The notes under the pieces were generated by a model. That model was not told the DNA's origin. It did not search any database and worked only from the letters and a program-made list of their open reading frames with translations. Made by a program: the position numbers and the translations under genes. Below, piece after piece: positions 28,501 through 36,861 of a stretch of DNA of 36,861 nt (within the stretch, counting starts at the first letter, position 1; each line of letters begins with the position of its first letter). The stretch lies in sequence record SRR31156797_3935. One strand, given 5' to 3'.

Positions 28501-29073
28501 TTCAACTCTCTCACGGACTATCTCAAGCTCACTGAGCGCCCTGTCCCTTTTACTATCGAACTCAGCAACACCTGCAATTTCATCTATGATCTTACGCCTC
28601 TCGGTAGGAGTCATATTGATGATGCGGGTAACATCTCCCTGCATCACAACATTGTAACCTTCGGGAGTTACGCGGGCTTTAGCAAGATAAGTATGAACAT
28701 CCGTAAGGCTTACTGCCTTGCCATTAAGATAAAAATAACTGTAATATCCTGAATCGGTTTCCCTTATTTTTCTTGTGATAGTCACATCATCGGCATCATA
28801 GGGCATTTCACGATCGGTATTGTCAAAACGAATTGTTACCTGTGCGAAATCAGGCCTCTTAGATCCTTCTCCATTATAAATAAGATCAGTAAGTTTTTCA
28901 GCCCTCATTGTACGGGAGCTTGAAAGTCCCAGCACAAAAAGAATACCATCTATTATGTTAGATTTACCACTGCCATTTGGCCCGGAAATAGTGGTAAAGC
29001 CATCAAAGAAAGGTATTTTTACCTTTTTCCCGAAGGATTTGAAGTTTATAAACTCAAGTTCCTTAATGTACAC
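25549..29073 (-). CDS. smc: Chromosome segregation protein SMC
   Basis: FKSF, GPNGSGKS, coiled coils, hinge (GIYGTIAELG, GRATFLPL), PVNMRA, MSGGEKS and FDEID. Confidence 0.98.
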   Translation of the reverse strand: MYIKELEFINFKSFGKKVKIPFFDGFTTISGPNGSGKSNIIDGILFVLGLSSSRTMRAEKLTDLIYNGEGSKRPDFAQVTIRFDNTDREMPYDADDVTITRKIRETDSGYYSYFYLNGKAVSLTDVHTYLAKARVTPEGYNVVMQGDVTRIINMTPTERRKIIDEIAGVAEFDSKRDRALSELEIVRERVERVDIIIEEVGQQLGKLKTERDQALKYQSLKEEKMKFEGFVLLAKLKDAKTELLSVADDILAKEEVLGKLELNLETKKLDVEKLEQELEEMTLNIQKMGEDEQIRIKKDIEGIRGEVSRCVDTIELSEKEMEDVESRRRKLFVEIDEIKGKLEELDSKISEETMRKESILAEMSERKTERMLLQSKIADVDAKFAQTRDELSSLKSNLETVKDEKNELMRQEDRLLDALRRKSAEVRDIESEIADAKSKSESSDSDTKSVEYDIEKLNEKIDALTKDIDDLESNRSQLKTIVKEFEEELRVHQNDYARIEMRVRAAEDHSRYSKSVDMVMNEKKHHGLPGIYGTIAELGSVDQKYSNALGIAAGGRMQAVVVENDEDASRAISFLKQRRGGRATFLPLNKMDSRRPYKDLSDREGVVGYAIDLVDFDQKFEAAFWYVFRDTVIVDTLTNARRLMGGLRMVTLEGEVIEKSGAMVGGSQQQKAGLSFAASEKDKLVKIAEKITELDSKRSNAIKKLDQVESHISQINNEIHEHDKEISKKQMFIDEIAGRGERLTQLIETKAQELVDIEDSRKELREEMEKTVESKQEKEELVISLEKDIEVLEEKLAGSEVPELNRQAEQLDAEIRRLDGRVRDIDSTLNALNLDRDYANSKTEENRDLIKSMDENKTNHKKRVSELRDKITELEETLREKQQRENELADELKELQQERAHLHEGLEAAKKEFDKVRVRFDDGNRQMMALKATKEALDEQVTELAEEIHRRGIEESEEVPNYETVRTRIASIEKAMERLEPVNMRAIDEYDEVEGRLDDLVSRRDTLSTEREQILERIKQYEQLKKDTFMETYDGINAPFKEIFNELSDGIGELVLDNYEDPFAGGLTLKAQPKEKTLQRLEAMSGGEKSLTALSFVFAIQQYRPAPFYAFDEIDMFLDGANAGKVAQRVKKAVSNAQFIVVSLRKPMIEAAERTIGVAMQENNITSITGVKLR

Positions 29074-29100
29074 GTGATTCCTCTGTTTTTATGAAAAGGA

Positions 29101-29970
29101 TTATTTTCGCCGTGTGGTTACAACTACTGCATCCTCATCCTCACGGGCTTCCACGGTCTCATATCCATCTTCAGGATCCTGACATGATGGCTTGTCTTCT
29201 TCTGCAACTATATAGTTACAGGATTCTGTTTCCCTGTGTGAGGAGGATTCAAGTCTGAGTTGGCGTTCATCATCTGTTTCTGCAATGATATATTCAGACC
29301 TGTGTTCAGGTTCGGGCATTTCAGGTGCCTTTACAGAAGGCACTTCCCTTACATTAAAATTAACATTAGAAGAGGGAGCTGCCCTGCGTGCTGTTGGTGA
29401 AGCCTGTTCATCAGACCTTACAGAAACTTTTGAACTTACTGGACTTATTGGGTTTGCGGCAGGTGTTTCTTCTTTTGGAACTGAAGGAGTAGCAGAAGGA
29501 TTTACCTGTGCTGGAGGGATGGGTACTGAAGAAGATGGTGATTCAGAGGATTCTACGAGTTTTGGTTCGGGCTTATACACCTTAGGAGCAACTACTTCCT
29601 TGACAGGAGAAGCAACCGGAACTGTTTTCTCTGCTTTTTTTTCGCTTGATACTATGGATTCCCTCAGGGCACGCATCATTGATTTCTGGTCAAGAAGTTC
29701 ATCCATGACACCATTGAGATTATTGCTCAGGGCCTGCACCTTGCGTTCAAGCTCAACAATACGATTATGAAAATCAAGGTCATTTTTAAGATCACTTCTT
29801 ATCTCGCGGAGTATTGACTCCCGGAGATTGGTTTTAATATCGTCTACTTCTGCTTCTTTTTCCTTGAGCTGCCGCTCAAGGCGTTCAATGACAAAGTCCC
29901 TGTTTTCAGTGTTCATGAAAAGCCTCGCAAATCCATTCAGTCCCTCATCGCCGTTAGGCGAAAATCTCAC
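29101..29970 (-). CDS. Hypothetical protein: N-terminal coiled coil, Pro/Ser-rich linker, acidic tail
   Basis: Long ORF ending 27 nt before smc on the same strand; start either GTG 29970 or ATG 29916. Confidence 0.8.
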   Translation of the reverse strand: MRFSPNGDEGLNGFARLFMNTENRDFVIERLERQLKEKEAEVDDIKTNLRESILREIRSDLKNDLDFHNRIVELERKVQALSNNLNGVMDELLDQKSMMRALRESIVSSEKKAEKTVPVASPVKEVVAPKVYKPEPKLVESSESPSSSVPIPPAQVNPSATPSVPKEETPAANPISPVSSKVSVRSDEQASPTARRAAPSSNVNFNVREVPSVKAPEMPEPEHRSEYIIAETDDERQLRLESSSHRETESCNYIVAEEDKPSCQDPEDGYETVEAREDEDAVVVTTRRK

Positions 29971-30054
29971 GTTATTATATGAATAAAAGTATAATATACC
30001 TTATGGTCGTCAGATGTATTTTTTTCAAGCAATAAATAACTATTTAATTTATTC

Positions 30055-32715
30055 TCAAAGCCTGTGAATCGAAGAATTATTAGTAACAGGATCTTTCTCC
30101 ACAGCAAACACATGATCTGCAGAATCTATCAGTGACTCATCATGGGACACTATGAGAATCTGGGCTACACCAATATCCCGCATCATGTCTATTAGCTTTA
30201 TCAGCTGATGCACATGTCCCCTGTCCAGAAAGACTGTAGGCTCATCCATTATCAGCGGAGGAAGTCCTGCACCATCATGTGAAGCGGTCCCAAGGGAAAG
30301 CAACCTGTATATCGCACAGCGCAGCACCAGATTGAACAACGCACGTTCACCGCCACTCAGCAGTTTTGGCTCAAGAGCAGTTCCATCCTTTTCAAATACC
30401 ATGAGATTATAATCAGCATCCAGCGTCACATGGGAGTAAGCATTATTGGAATACATGAAAGAGAAGATCTCATTTATCAGCCTGTCAAGTGTCTGTATAT
30501 TACTGGAACGTAACTGCGCCCGGATACGTATATACATACTTTCAAGCTCTTCGGCATCTGAATAGACGGCACTCAGGTAATCACCCTGGTGTTTCAACCG
30601 AAGAAGAGCTGTTTTCAGGTCTGAAAGCCGTTTCCTGTCATTCTCAGCCATTCCGGCTTTCTTCATGACATCATCCTTTTCAATCTTCAGCTTTTCAATT
30701 TCCGAATTGATATTCTTAAAAGCAAGATCATACTTGCGACTCAGATCCTCAAGCTCTTTTTTATTGAACTCCCCTATCCTGTCATCAATTTCCTTCAGAG
30801 ACTCCTTTTTCTCCCCTATCTGTCCATCAAAAAGAGTAATCATTTCCTGAATGCTTTTGATCTTGTCTTCCTTTTGCTTTATTTCAGCATTGATTTTATC
30901 AAAATCAGCAAGAAGTTTCTGCATATCTCTTGCAGACCTGAGGTTTTCAAGGACAATGGCGTGTTTCTGAGAAACAGATTCTTCCTCATTCCGCGCCTGC
31001 TGCACCTTTAACCTGATCTCATCAAGGGTTTTTTCCAGAGACTCTTTTGCGGACAGGAGTTCTTTTATCTTCAACTCATCATCCATTATCTGCTGGTCAT
31101 ATTCTTCAATTCTCTTTTTGTCTCTTTCAATGGCATCTTTAGCAGACTCCATATCACGAACAGCATTGTCAATCTCTGACTTGTAATTGCGAACAGACCG
31201 GATTTTTTCAACTCTGCCATCGGCTTCTGTCTGTTTTACCCTAAGCTCGGATAATTCAGACTCCAGTGCGCCCAGGGATTCACTGTCGGATGTTGTGGAT
31301 TCTTCCACACACGAACCCTTAAGGTCCTGACCGCAGGTTGGACATTTCCCGGCATCCAGAAGTTGCTTTGATTTTTCCAGCCGGGTATTAATCTCTGATA
31401 TCCTTACCTTAAGCTCTGCTTCCCTGCCATGGAACCTTTTCTGCTGGTCATTGACAAGATCAAGGACATCATCGATATTTTCCAGTTTTTGTGACGTGAA
31501 GCCAAGTGATTCCACCTTTGATATGATTGACTTTTGTGCAGCTTCAAGTTCCAAGATCCGTCCTTTGTGCTTCTCAATTTCCAACGAAACATCTTTTATC
31601 CGCAAGGTGGTTTCCTTTACAGAAGCCTCAATTGAAGTCTGCTGCTTTTCCGAGTCTTTTACAGACTGACCTGTGTTTAAAAGATCCTTCTCATAAACGG
31701 CCTTTTTACTTTTCAGCTCACCCAGGAAATCTCTCAGGGACCGCTCGTTAGAGTCCAGTTTTTCAACAGTTGGGCCTACGTCTTTTGCTTCAATTTCCAG
31801 GCGTGAGCTGATATCTGAAACCGTTGATCTTTTAGTTTCAAGAAGTTCCTTATGTGTACGTATTTCACCCGAGAGTGAGTCTATGGAAGTAAATGATTTT
31901 GATTTGCGGTCCGTAAGCTCTTTTATCTGTTGCCGGACAGCATTTTTCCTGTCGGAAAGTTCAGTTAGTTCCTTTACCTGTTTTGCAAGTTCATCGATCC
32001 TGGCAAGAGTACGGTCCCTTTTTTCGTTCAGGGATTTAGTTTCAGCATCAATCTCCCCTGATCTTGTCCTCAGGCTGGCCAGCCTGCCGGATGGATCACT
32101 GTCTTCTACAAGCTTTATATCGGCTTCGACTTCTCGGACACGCCTGACATTATCCTTTTGATGACGGCCGACTCCAACCCTTGCACTTGAAGCCCTTTCC
32201 CGGTACTCCTCGAGTTTGCCAAGCTGCAGAAGGTCATCAATCATCTTCTGGCGGTCTTTGGGTTTGGAATTAATCAGGACATCAATCTCGCCCTGGCGAA
32301 TGTAAACACAATTCCTGTAAGCCTCTTCGTCCATATTGAGAAGAGATGTTACTGCTTCATAACTGCGGGTTGCCTGATCAAAGATAATCTCCCCATCCTG
32401 TTTAAAGACTGATTTTGTATTGGAGGCGCGCCCTTTTTCAGGATCGTTCCTGAATGACTGTTCAATAGAATAGCTGTGCTTATTCTGTTCGAATTCAAGT
32501 AAAATGGACGCTTTTGAAGCACCTTTGGTAATAATATCCGAAAGAACGAAATCCTTATCCAGGGTTTTGCTTCCGAAGAGCCCGGTAAAACATGCTTCCA
32601 GCAGACTGGATTTACCGCTACCATTTACCCCGGAAACCACAGTGACACCGTTCTTAAAAGAAAGATCAAGCTCTTTGTAGCTCCTGATATTCTCTACTTT
32701 CAGTCGTTTTAGCAT
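30055..32715 (-). CDS. rad50: DNA double-strand break repair ATPase Rad50
   Basis: GVNGSGKS, QGEI, zinc hook CPTC, LSGGE, MDEPT and SHD motifs; TGATG coupling to mre11. Confidence 0.95.
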   Translation of the reverse strand: MLKRLKVENIRSYKELDLSFKNGVTVVSGVNGSGKSSLLEACFTGLFGSKTLDKDFVLSDIITKGASKASILLEFEQNKHSYSIEQSFRNDPEKGRASNTKSVFKQDGEIIFDQATRSYEAVTSLLNMDEEAYRNCVYIRQGEIDVLINSKPKDRQKMIDDLLQLGKLEEYRERASSARVGVGRHQKDNVRRVREVEADIKLVEDSDPSGRLASLRTRSGEIDAETKSLNEKRDRTLARIDELAKQVKELTELSDRKNAVRQQIKELTDRKSKSFTSIDSLSGEIRTHKELLETKRSTVSDISSRLEIEAKDVGPTVEKLDSNERSLRDFLGELKSKKAVYEKDLLNTGQSVKDSEKQQTSIEASVKETTLRIKDVSLEIEKHKGRILELEAAQKSIISKVESLGFTSQKLENIDDVLDLVNDQQKRFHGREAELKVRISEINTRLEKSKQLLDAGKCPTCGQDLKGSCVEESTTSDSESLGALESELSELRVKQTEADGRVEKIRSVRNYKSEIDNAVRDMESAKDAIERDKKRIEEYDQQIMDDELKIKELLSAKESLEKTLDEIRLKVQQARNEEESVSQKHAIVLENLRSARDMQKLLADFDKINAEIKQKEDKIKSIQEMITLFDGQIGEKKESLKEIDDRIGEFNKKELEDLSRKYDLAFKNINSEIEKLKIEKDDVMKKAGMAENDRKRLSDLKTALLRLKHQGDYLSAVYSDAEELESMYIRIRAQLRSSNIQTLDRLINEIFSFMYSNNAYSHVTLDADYNLMVFEKDGTALEPKLLSGGERALFNLVLRCAIYRLLSLGTASHDGAGLPPLIMDEPTVFLDRGHVHQLIKLIDMMRDIGVAQILIVSHDESLIDSADHVFAVEKDPVTNNSSIHRL

Positions 32716-34211
32716 CAAAGATAATCACCCAGGTTATACTGACGGGGCTTTACAGCATCATGCTCTTTTTCATCATCCTTATCGTCCTTGTTTTTCTTTT
32801 CCGGCTCATCCTTTTTACTAATCGATTCTGATGTAGATTCACTTGCAGACATATGATTACTGGTATTGTTCTGCGAAGAATCCGATTGTCCGGCAGTGCT
32901 AATATAAGTATCACTACTTTCAGAAACAATGTCCTGTGAAGGGGCATCGATCATATTTTCCGTTGGCATGGAAACTTCTGTTAGTTCCAGCTCTCCAGCC
33001 TCATCTTTTTCATCAACATGGACTTTATCGCCGGCCTCTGGCTCATCTGACGGTATTGAATGGCTGACAGGAACCGGGGCACTGAAATCAATCTTCTCAA
33101 GAAGCTCACCGAGTTTAGTCTCAGCCTCATCACCGACCCTTGTTTTTACAATCTGTGGATCCCTGATAATATCATCAAGCAGGATTCCACCTGATGTCAG
33201 GTTCATTTTCCTGATTTCTTCCTTGACAACATCGTCCGGGTCGGAAAAAGAGACTTTTAGTGAAGGGTCTTCAAGTGTATCCATTCCGCTTCTAAGATCC
33301 TTAATCCCCGGTACCAGTGCACCCCTTGAAAGAAGGAATTTTTCGATCTCGCTAAAGTCCAGCCGGACCTTTACATCACCGGATAATTCCACAAAAACAA
33401 CTTTTTCAGAAATGTCATATTCCTTAATTGTTGAAAATATATCTTCAAGAGCTTCCTGGCTTTCTGAAAGATTCACGGGAATAAACACAAACTCCCTGGT
33501 TGGGATTATACGTTTGCTGATCTCTATACCGTTTTCGCCTGCAGTGACAATGTTGTAAGAGCGCGGCTCACGTTCTGAAGTACTGTTCCTCTCAGTACTT
33601 CCTGCATAGGTTACCCAGGTCTCATCGATTTTTGTGATCTCATACTTGTGATTGTCACCCAGAAGCACCACATGGATATCAAATGGAATGGAATCAATGA
33701 CGTCCCGGACGTCCCAGTCACCAAATGAGAATGGCTTCATTAGCTGGTGCATCACAAGCAGATTATATTTTGCATCCGTGCCCTGACCATCAAATATAGA
33801 ATAATCAAATAGTGGAATCTTTGTTTTCGGGACGCTGTCAATACCATACAGTGCTACTTCACCAAGCTTGTAGGCTTTTGCCCCAAGACGGATCACAAGA
33901 CCAAGACTACTGTAAAGGTCAAGCCACTGGGTACTCTGTTTACTCTCATGATTTCCGACAATAGCAAGCAAAGGAATTCCTGCGTTTTTTAATCTTGAGA
34001 AAAGTCCCATTGCATCAAGAATATCATCAAGTGTCGGGTTGCGGGAGTCAAAAAGATCACCTGCATGAACTACAGCATCCACACCCATCTCAATAGCATC
34101 ATCTATCACAGCGGAAAATGCATTCAGAAAATCTTTCCGGCGCAAATCACTATGATATTGCCGGTATCCAAGATGTGTATCCCCTGTGTGGACTATCCTT
34201 ATCTCATCCAT
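32715..34211 (-). CDS. mre11: DNA double-strand break repair nuclease Mre11
   Basis: DTHLG..QY, GDLFD, GNHE, HQ, GDNH and YAGSTE motifs; directly upstream of rad50. Confidence 0.95.
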   Translation of the reverse strand: MDEIRIVHTGDTHLGYRQYHSDLRRKDFLNAFSAVIDDAIEMGVDAVVHAGDLFDSRNPTLDDILDAMGLFSRLKNAGIPLLAIVGNHESKQSTQWLDLYSSLGLVIRLGAKAYKLGEVALYGIDSVPKTKIPLFDYSIFDGQGTDAKYNLLVMHQLMKPFSFGDWDVRDVIDSIPFDIHVVLLGDNHKYEITKIDETWVTYAGSTERNSTSEREPRSYNIVTAGENGIEISKRIIPTREFVFIPVNLSESQEALEDIFSTIKEYDISEKVVFVELSGDVKVRLDFSEIEKFLLSRGALVPGIKDLRSGMDTLEDPSLKVSFSDPDDVVKEEIRKMNLTSGGILLDDIIRDPQIVKTRVGDEAETKLGELLEKIDFSAPVPVSHSIPSDEPEAGDKVHVDEKDEAGELELTEVSMPTENMIDAPSQDIVSESSDTYISTAGQSDSSQNNTSNHMSASESTSESISKKDEPEKKNKDDKDDEKEHDAVKPRQYNLGDYL

Positions 34212-34288
34212 CAGGGTTTTGATATGTTTTCGTGACTTTTTAATTGTTTGGTAGGAATAGAATAAGATATCATGTCAGCGCTCTTTGA

Positions 34289-34328
34289 ATTATATAAAAA
34301 CAATTATTACAGTTCTTTTTTATATAAT
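34289..34328. promoter_or_regulatory. Back-to-back TATA boxes of the divergent mre11 and pilin-like promoters
   Basis: ATTATATAAAAA (34289-34300) and its exact reverse complement TTTTTATATAAT (34317-34328). Confidence 0.55.
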
Positions 34329-34354
34329 AAATTTCTAATAATACAAAGGGCACC

Positions 34355-34825
34355 ATGGACAGTAAAGGACAGATAACCATAGATTACCTGATCAGCATTA
34401 CCATTTTCCTGTTTGCGGTGGTATTCGTTTTCAACTATACCGCAGGTATTTTCACACCATTCCAATCCAACTCAGATGAGGTGACGCTTATAGCTGACCG
34501 TGTCTCGACCACACTCGTGGAAAAAAGGTTAAGCCTGGGCGATGAGAGTACTCCCAATCTTGTTGGGGAAACAGAAGTTGATAATTTCTTTACAGAGCTT
34601 AATGGAGCAAACTACGATACACTTATCGACTCCCTTGGAATGAATGGCAGCTACCTGCGATATGACCTCAACGTCACTATAGAGAACAGTACAGCAGTTA
34701 TCAATTCTGCCGGGAAGCAAATTCCCACAGGTGTTAACGTAGGACAGACAAAACGAATAGTCCTGTTAAAAGACGACAATACGGGAAATACCGAGACACT
34801 CATAATGTCATTCAAGGTGTGGTAA
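34355..34825 (+). CDS. Type IV pilin-like protein (class III signal peptide)
   Basis: MDSKG|QITIDYLISITIFLFAVVFVF: cleavage motif followed by a hydrophobic helix. Confidence 0.75.
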   Translation: MDSKGQITIDYLISITIFLFAVVFVFNYTAGIFTPFQSNSDEVTLIADRVSTTLVEKRLSLGDESTPNLVGETEVDNFFTELNGANYDTLIDSLGMNGSYLRYDLNVTIENSTAVINSAGKQIPTGVNVGQTKRIVLLKDDNTGNTETLIMSFKVW

Positions 34826-34826
34826 T

Positions 34827-35444
34827 ATGAGCGGAAGACTGTTCCACAGAATAAGAATTGCCGACTCTGCCCAGATGCATACCCTTGAAGCTGTCATTGC
34901 CGCAATGATAATGGTAGGAATTATAATATTTGCAGTACAGGCAACATCCCTGACACCACTTACATCCTCTACAGCCAATGCCCACATAGAGGCACAGCTC
35001 CAGACAATGGGACAGGATATGCTCAACACACTTTCATATTCACCATATGGACAGGATTCAGAACTTAAAGAGGACGTAAAGAACTGGGATGGGAACGAAT
35101 ATGTATGGAACGGCACTGCCTACCTGGTGTTTGGTTCAGATAATGAGAGTATTCAGAACAGCGCACTCGCAGATGCCCTCCTGCTGGTTGCCATCCCAAA
35201 AGGAATCGCACACAATGTACATTTTGGCTGGATAGATGAAGATGGGATCTTAAGAGAGAGACGATACATCTACAACGGGGAACCATCAGATAATGCTGTT
35301 ATTATATCAAAGAAAGTCCTGCTTTCGGATAACGATGTTGGCAACACTTCCGGATTCTATGCAAACACCACCATCCCGGATGCTGACAGTGTTACCGACC
35401 TTTACAATATAGTCGACGTGAGAATGACATTATGGAGAATGTAA
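34827..35444 (+). CDS. Type IV pilin-like protein (class III signal peptide)
   Basis: DSA|QMHTLEAVIAAMIMVGIIIFAV. Confidence 0.75.
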   Translation: MSGRLFHRIRIADSAQMHTLEAVIAAMIMVGIIIFAVQATSLTPLTSSTANAHIEAQLQTMGQDMLNTLSYSPYGQDSELKEDVKNWDGNEYVWNGTAYLVFGSDNESIQNSALADALLLVAIPKGIAHNVHFGWIDEDGILRERRYIYNGEPSDNAVIISKKVLLSDNDVGNTSGFYANTTIPDADSVTDLYNIVDVRMTLWRM

Positions 35445-35454
35445 GACCAGACTG

Positions 35455-36327
35455 GTGATCAATATGAAAAAGTTCAATGATTCTGCACAGTTGTTGTTGA
35501 TCGCAGGTTTTGCAGTAGGCGTAGGCATAGTTGTGATCACCATCATGCTCAACAATGTGATATATGCCAGTAACACAGCCTCAGAATCCAGTATCGATAC
35601 TTCACGCTATGATATGGCCAATCTCCTCCAGATGACTACCGAAGCATACGAAGATGCTTACCAGTACGCTATGAAAAACGGCTCATTTGACAATAGTGCC
35701 TTTGAACAGTATATCGGGAACTACACAGCCAAAGCATCGCAGAACTACGAAGTAGCAGGTTTGAGCTTCTCCTGCCAGAGCGATAATATTTCTACAGCAT
35801 ACTTCACCCATAACGGACTTGCAAATGGTGACGACAACTGGACCCTGGTTGAGAACGTCAATGTCACGGACACATTTGCTTTTTCCATACCTGACAGATC
35901 CCTGCTCGGAAATGAGTCCAACAAGGTCATGATAAAGGTCACTAACACCTCAGGAACCATGCTGTGGTCAATGGAATTCTATAATTCCAGTGGAAAGGTG
36001 AACATCACAGTCTCTGATCAGTCATCAACCATTGGAAATTACCAGAGCAACAGCGGCGAGATTAATATAACAGCCGACGAGATCGATGGCACTGGTGCCA
36101 CCCCAGCATTCAGCTTTTCAAGTAGTACTGCTGGACAGGATTATTCAATAAACATCATTAACGGAAAGCATGCAGCTGGAACCTATGCCATCACAGGTAA
36201 CCTTAGCACAGGACAGACTTTTATTCAGGCGCGCTACTGGACAGTGAATCCTACAATAAGCATATCATCAAGAGAGATTACTATCAACAGGACCGTTCCG
36301 ATCTCACTCCCAGGGGGGGTTCAATGA
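35455..36327 (+). CDS. Type IV pilin-like protein, larger beta-rich subunit
   Basis: DSA|QLLLIAGFAVGVGIVVITIMLN; many N-x-S/T sequons; alternative ATG at 35464. Confidence 0.72.
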   Translation: MINMKKFNDSAQLLLIAGFAVGVGIVVITIMLNNVIYASNTASESSIDTSRYDMANLLQMTTEAYEDAYQYAMKNGSFDNSAFEQYIGNYTAKASQNYEVAGLSFSCQSDNISTAYFTHNGLANGDDNWTLVENVNVTDTFAFSIPDRSLLGNESNKVMIKVTNTSGTMLWSMEFYNSSGKVNITVSDQSSTIGNYQSNSGEINITADEIDGTGATPAFSFSSSTAGQDYSINIINGKHAAGTYAITGNLSTGQTFIQARYWTVNPTISISSREITINRTVPISLPGGVQ

Positions 36328-36797
36328 AAAGACTTGCAGAGGATGAGAATGCAGTTTCTATTTCAATAGGATTCATCCTTACTTTCTCGATCACAGTGCT
36401 TATACTTGTGACAATTCTGACATCCTTCTATTCCATGATAGATCAGGCCGAACAAACGGTTATGCGTGACGAATTCGAGATCCATGGAAGCGACCTTGCA
36501 GTGAGGATAGCAACCATTGATACCATAGCAGGAACTGCAACGGATTCCGGTGCAACTGTAGGCGAGATCAGGTATGATGTATCTCTTCCCCAAAAGGTAG
36601 CAGGGAAGCACTACACTATCGAGATATCCAATACAACAAATGACATTATTATTTCCTCGGAAGAAAGGGATGGGAGCCGGGTCAAAATACCCTTCTCTAC
36701 CGACGATACAACAGTTCTTTCAACAACCCTGTACAGTTCAAAGGGCAAATTCCAGATAGATTACGACCCTGACACAGATACTATAGAAATATCCTGA
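36324..36797 (+). CDS. Type IV pilin-like protein (class III signal peptide)
   Basis: DENA|VSISIGFILTFSITVLILV; ATGA overlap with the previous gene. Confidence 0.78.
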   Translation: MKRLAEDENAVSISIGFILTFSITVLILVTILTSFYSMIDQAEQTVMRDEFEIHGSDLAVRIATIDTIAGTATDSGATVGEIRYDVSLPQKVAGKHYTIEISNTTNDIIISSEERDGSRVKIPFSTDDTTVLSTTLYSSKGKFQIDYDPDTDTIEIS

Positions 36798-36808
36798 AAG
36801 CGATAAAA

Positions 36809-36861
36809 ATGAAAAGCAGAGCAAACAAACATAAGGATTTCAGATCATCCGAAGATGGAGT
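36809..36861 (+). CDS. Probable fifth pilin-like gene, truncated by the window end
   Basis: ATG at 36809 gives MKSRANKHKDFRSSEDG|V, resembling a class III leader; only 17 full codons are visible. Confidence 0.55.
   Translation, partial: MKSRANKHKDFRSSEDG

Noticed and set aside
23583..29073. Wadjet/MksBEF-like anti-plasmid system
   Set aside because: Full-length canonical SMC with ScpA and ScpB, and no JetD/Toprim nuclease; this is housekeeping condensin.
1..36861. CRISPR arrays, IS elements or an integrated element at tRNA-Ser
   Set aside because: I saw no regularly spaced repeats, transposase, integrase or duplicated tRNA 3' end by eye.

Overview
Core-chromosome window of a Methanosarcinaceae archaeon (Methanolobus-like; inferred from the DUF1608-type S-layer protein, archaeal ribosomal stalk genes, TBP, AglJ and PGF-CTERM). 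From left to right it holds: the 5' part of an S-layer gene with a long structured leader; two KaiC/RAD55-like ATPases and a small winged-helix regulator; SRP RNA and tRNA-Ser(GCT); rnp4 and a degenerate MBL-fold gene; dtdA-ftsZ-secE-spt5-rpl11-rpl1-rpl10-rpl12; a minus-strand operon joining a Ni/Co ECF transporter (DUF4198-cbiM-accessory-cbiQ-cbiO) to a UbiB/ABC1 kinase and a UbiE-like methyltransferase; a radical SAM gene, a DUF62 gene and a ThiC-family gene with BzaF-like signatures; a co-oriented mre11-rad50-hypothetical-smc-scpA-scpB-tbp-aglJ block; and a run of five type IV pilin-like genes. I saw no CRISPR array, transposase or integrase. The best leads are an SMC-ScpAB module with an extra domain fused to ScpB plus an uncharacterised coiled-coil gene, the ECF-UbiB-methyltransferase operon, an RNase Z arm-like segment on DTD2, a putative uL1-binding leader, the S-layer leader with an SD-led uORF, and frequent amber stops. 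All family assignments come from motif recognition; no database searches were run.
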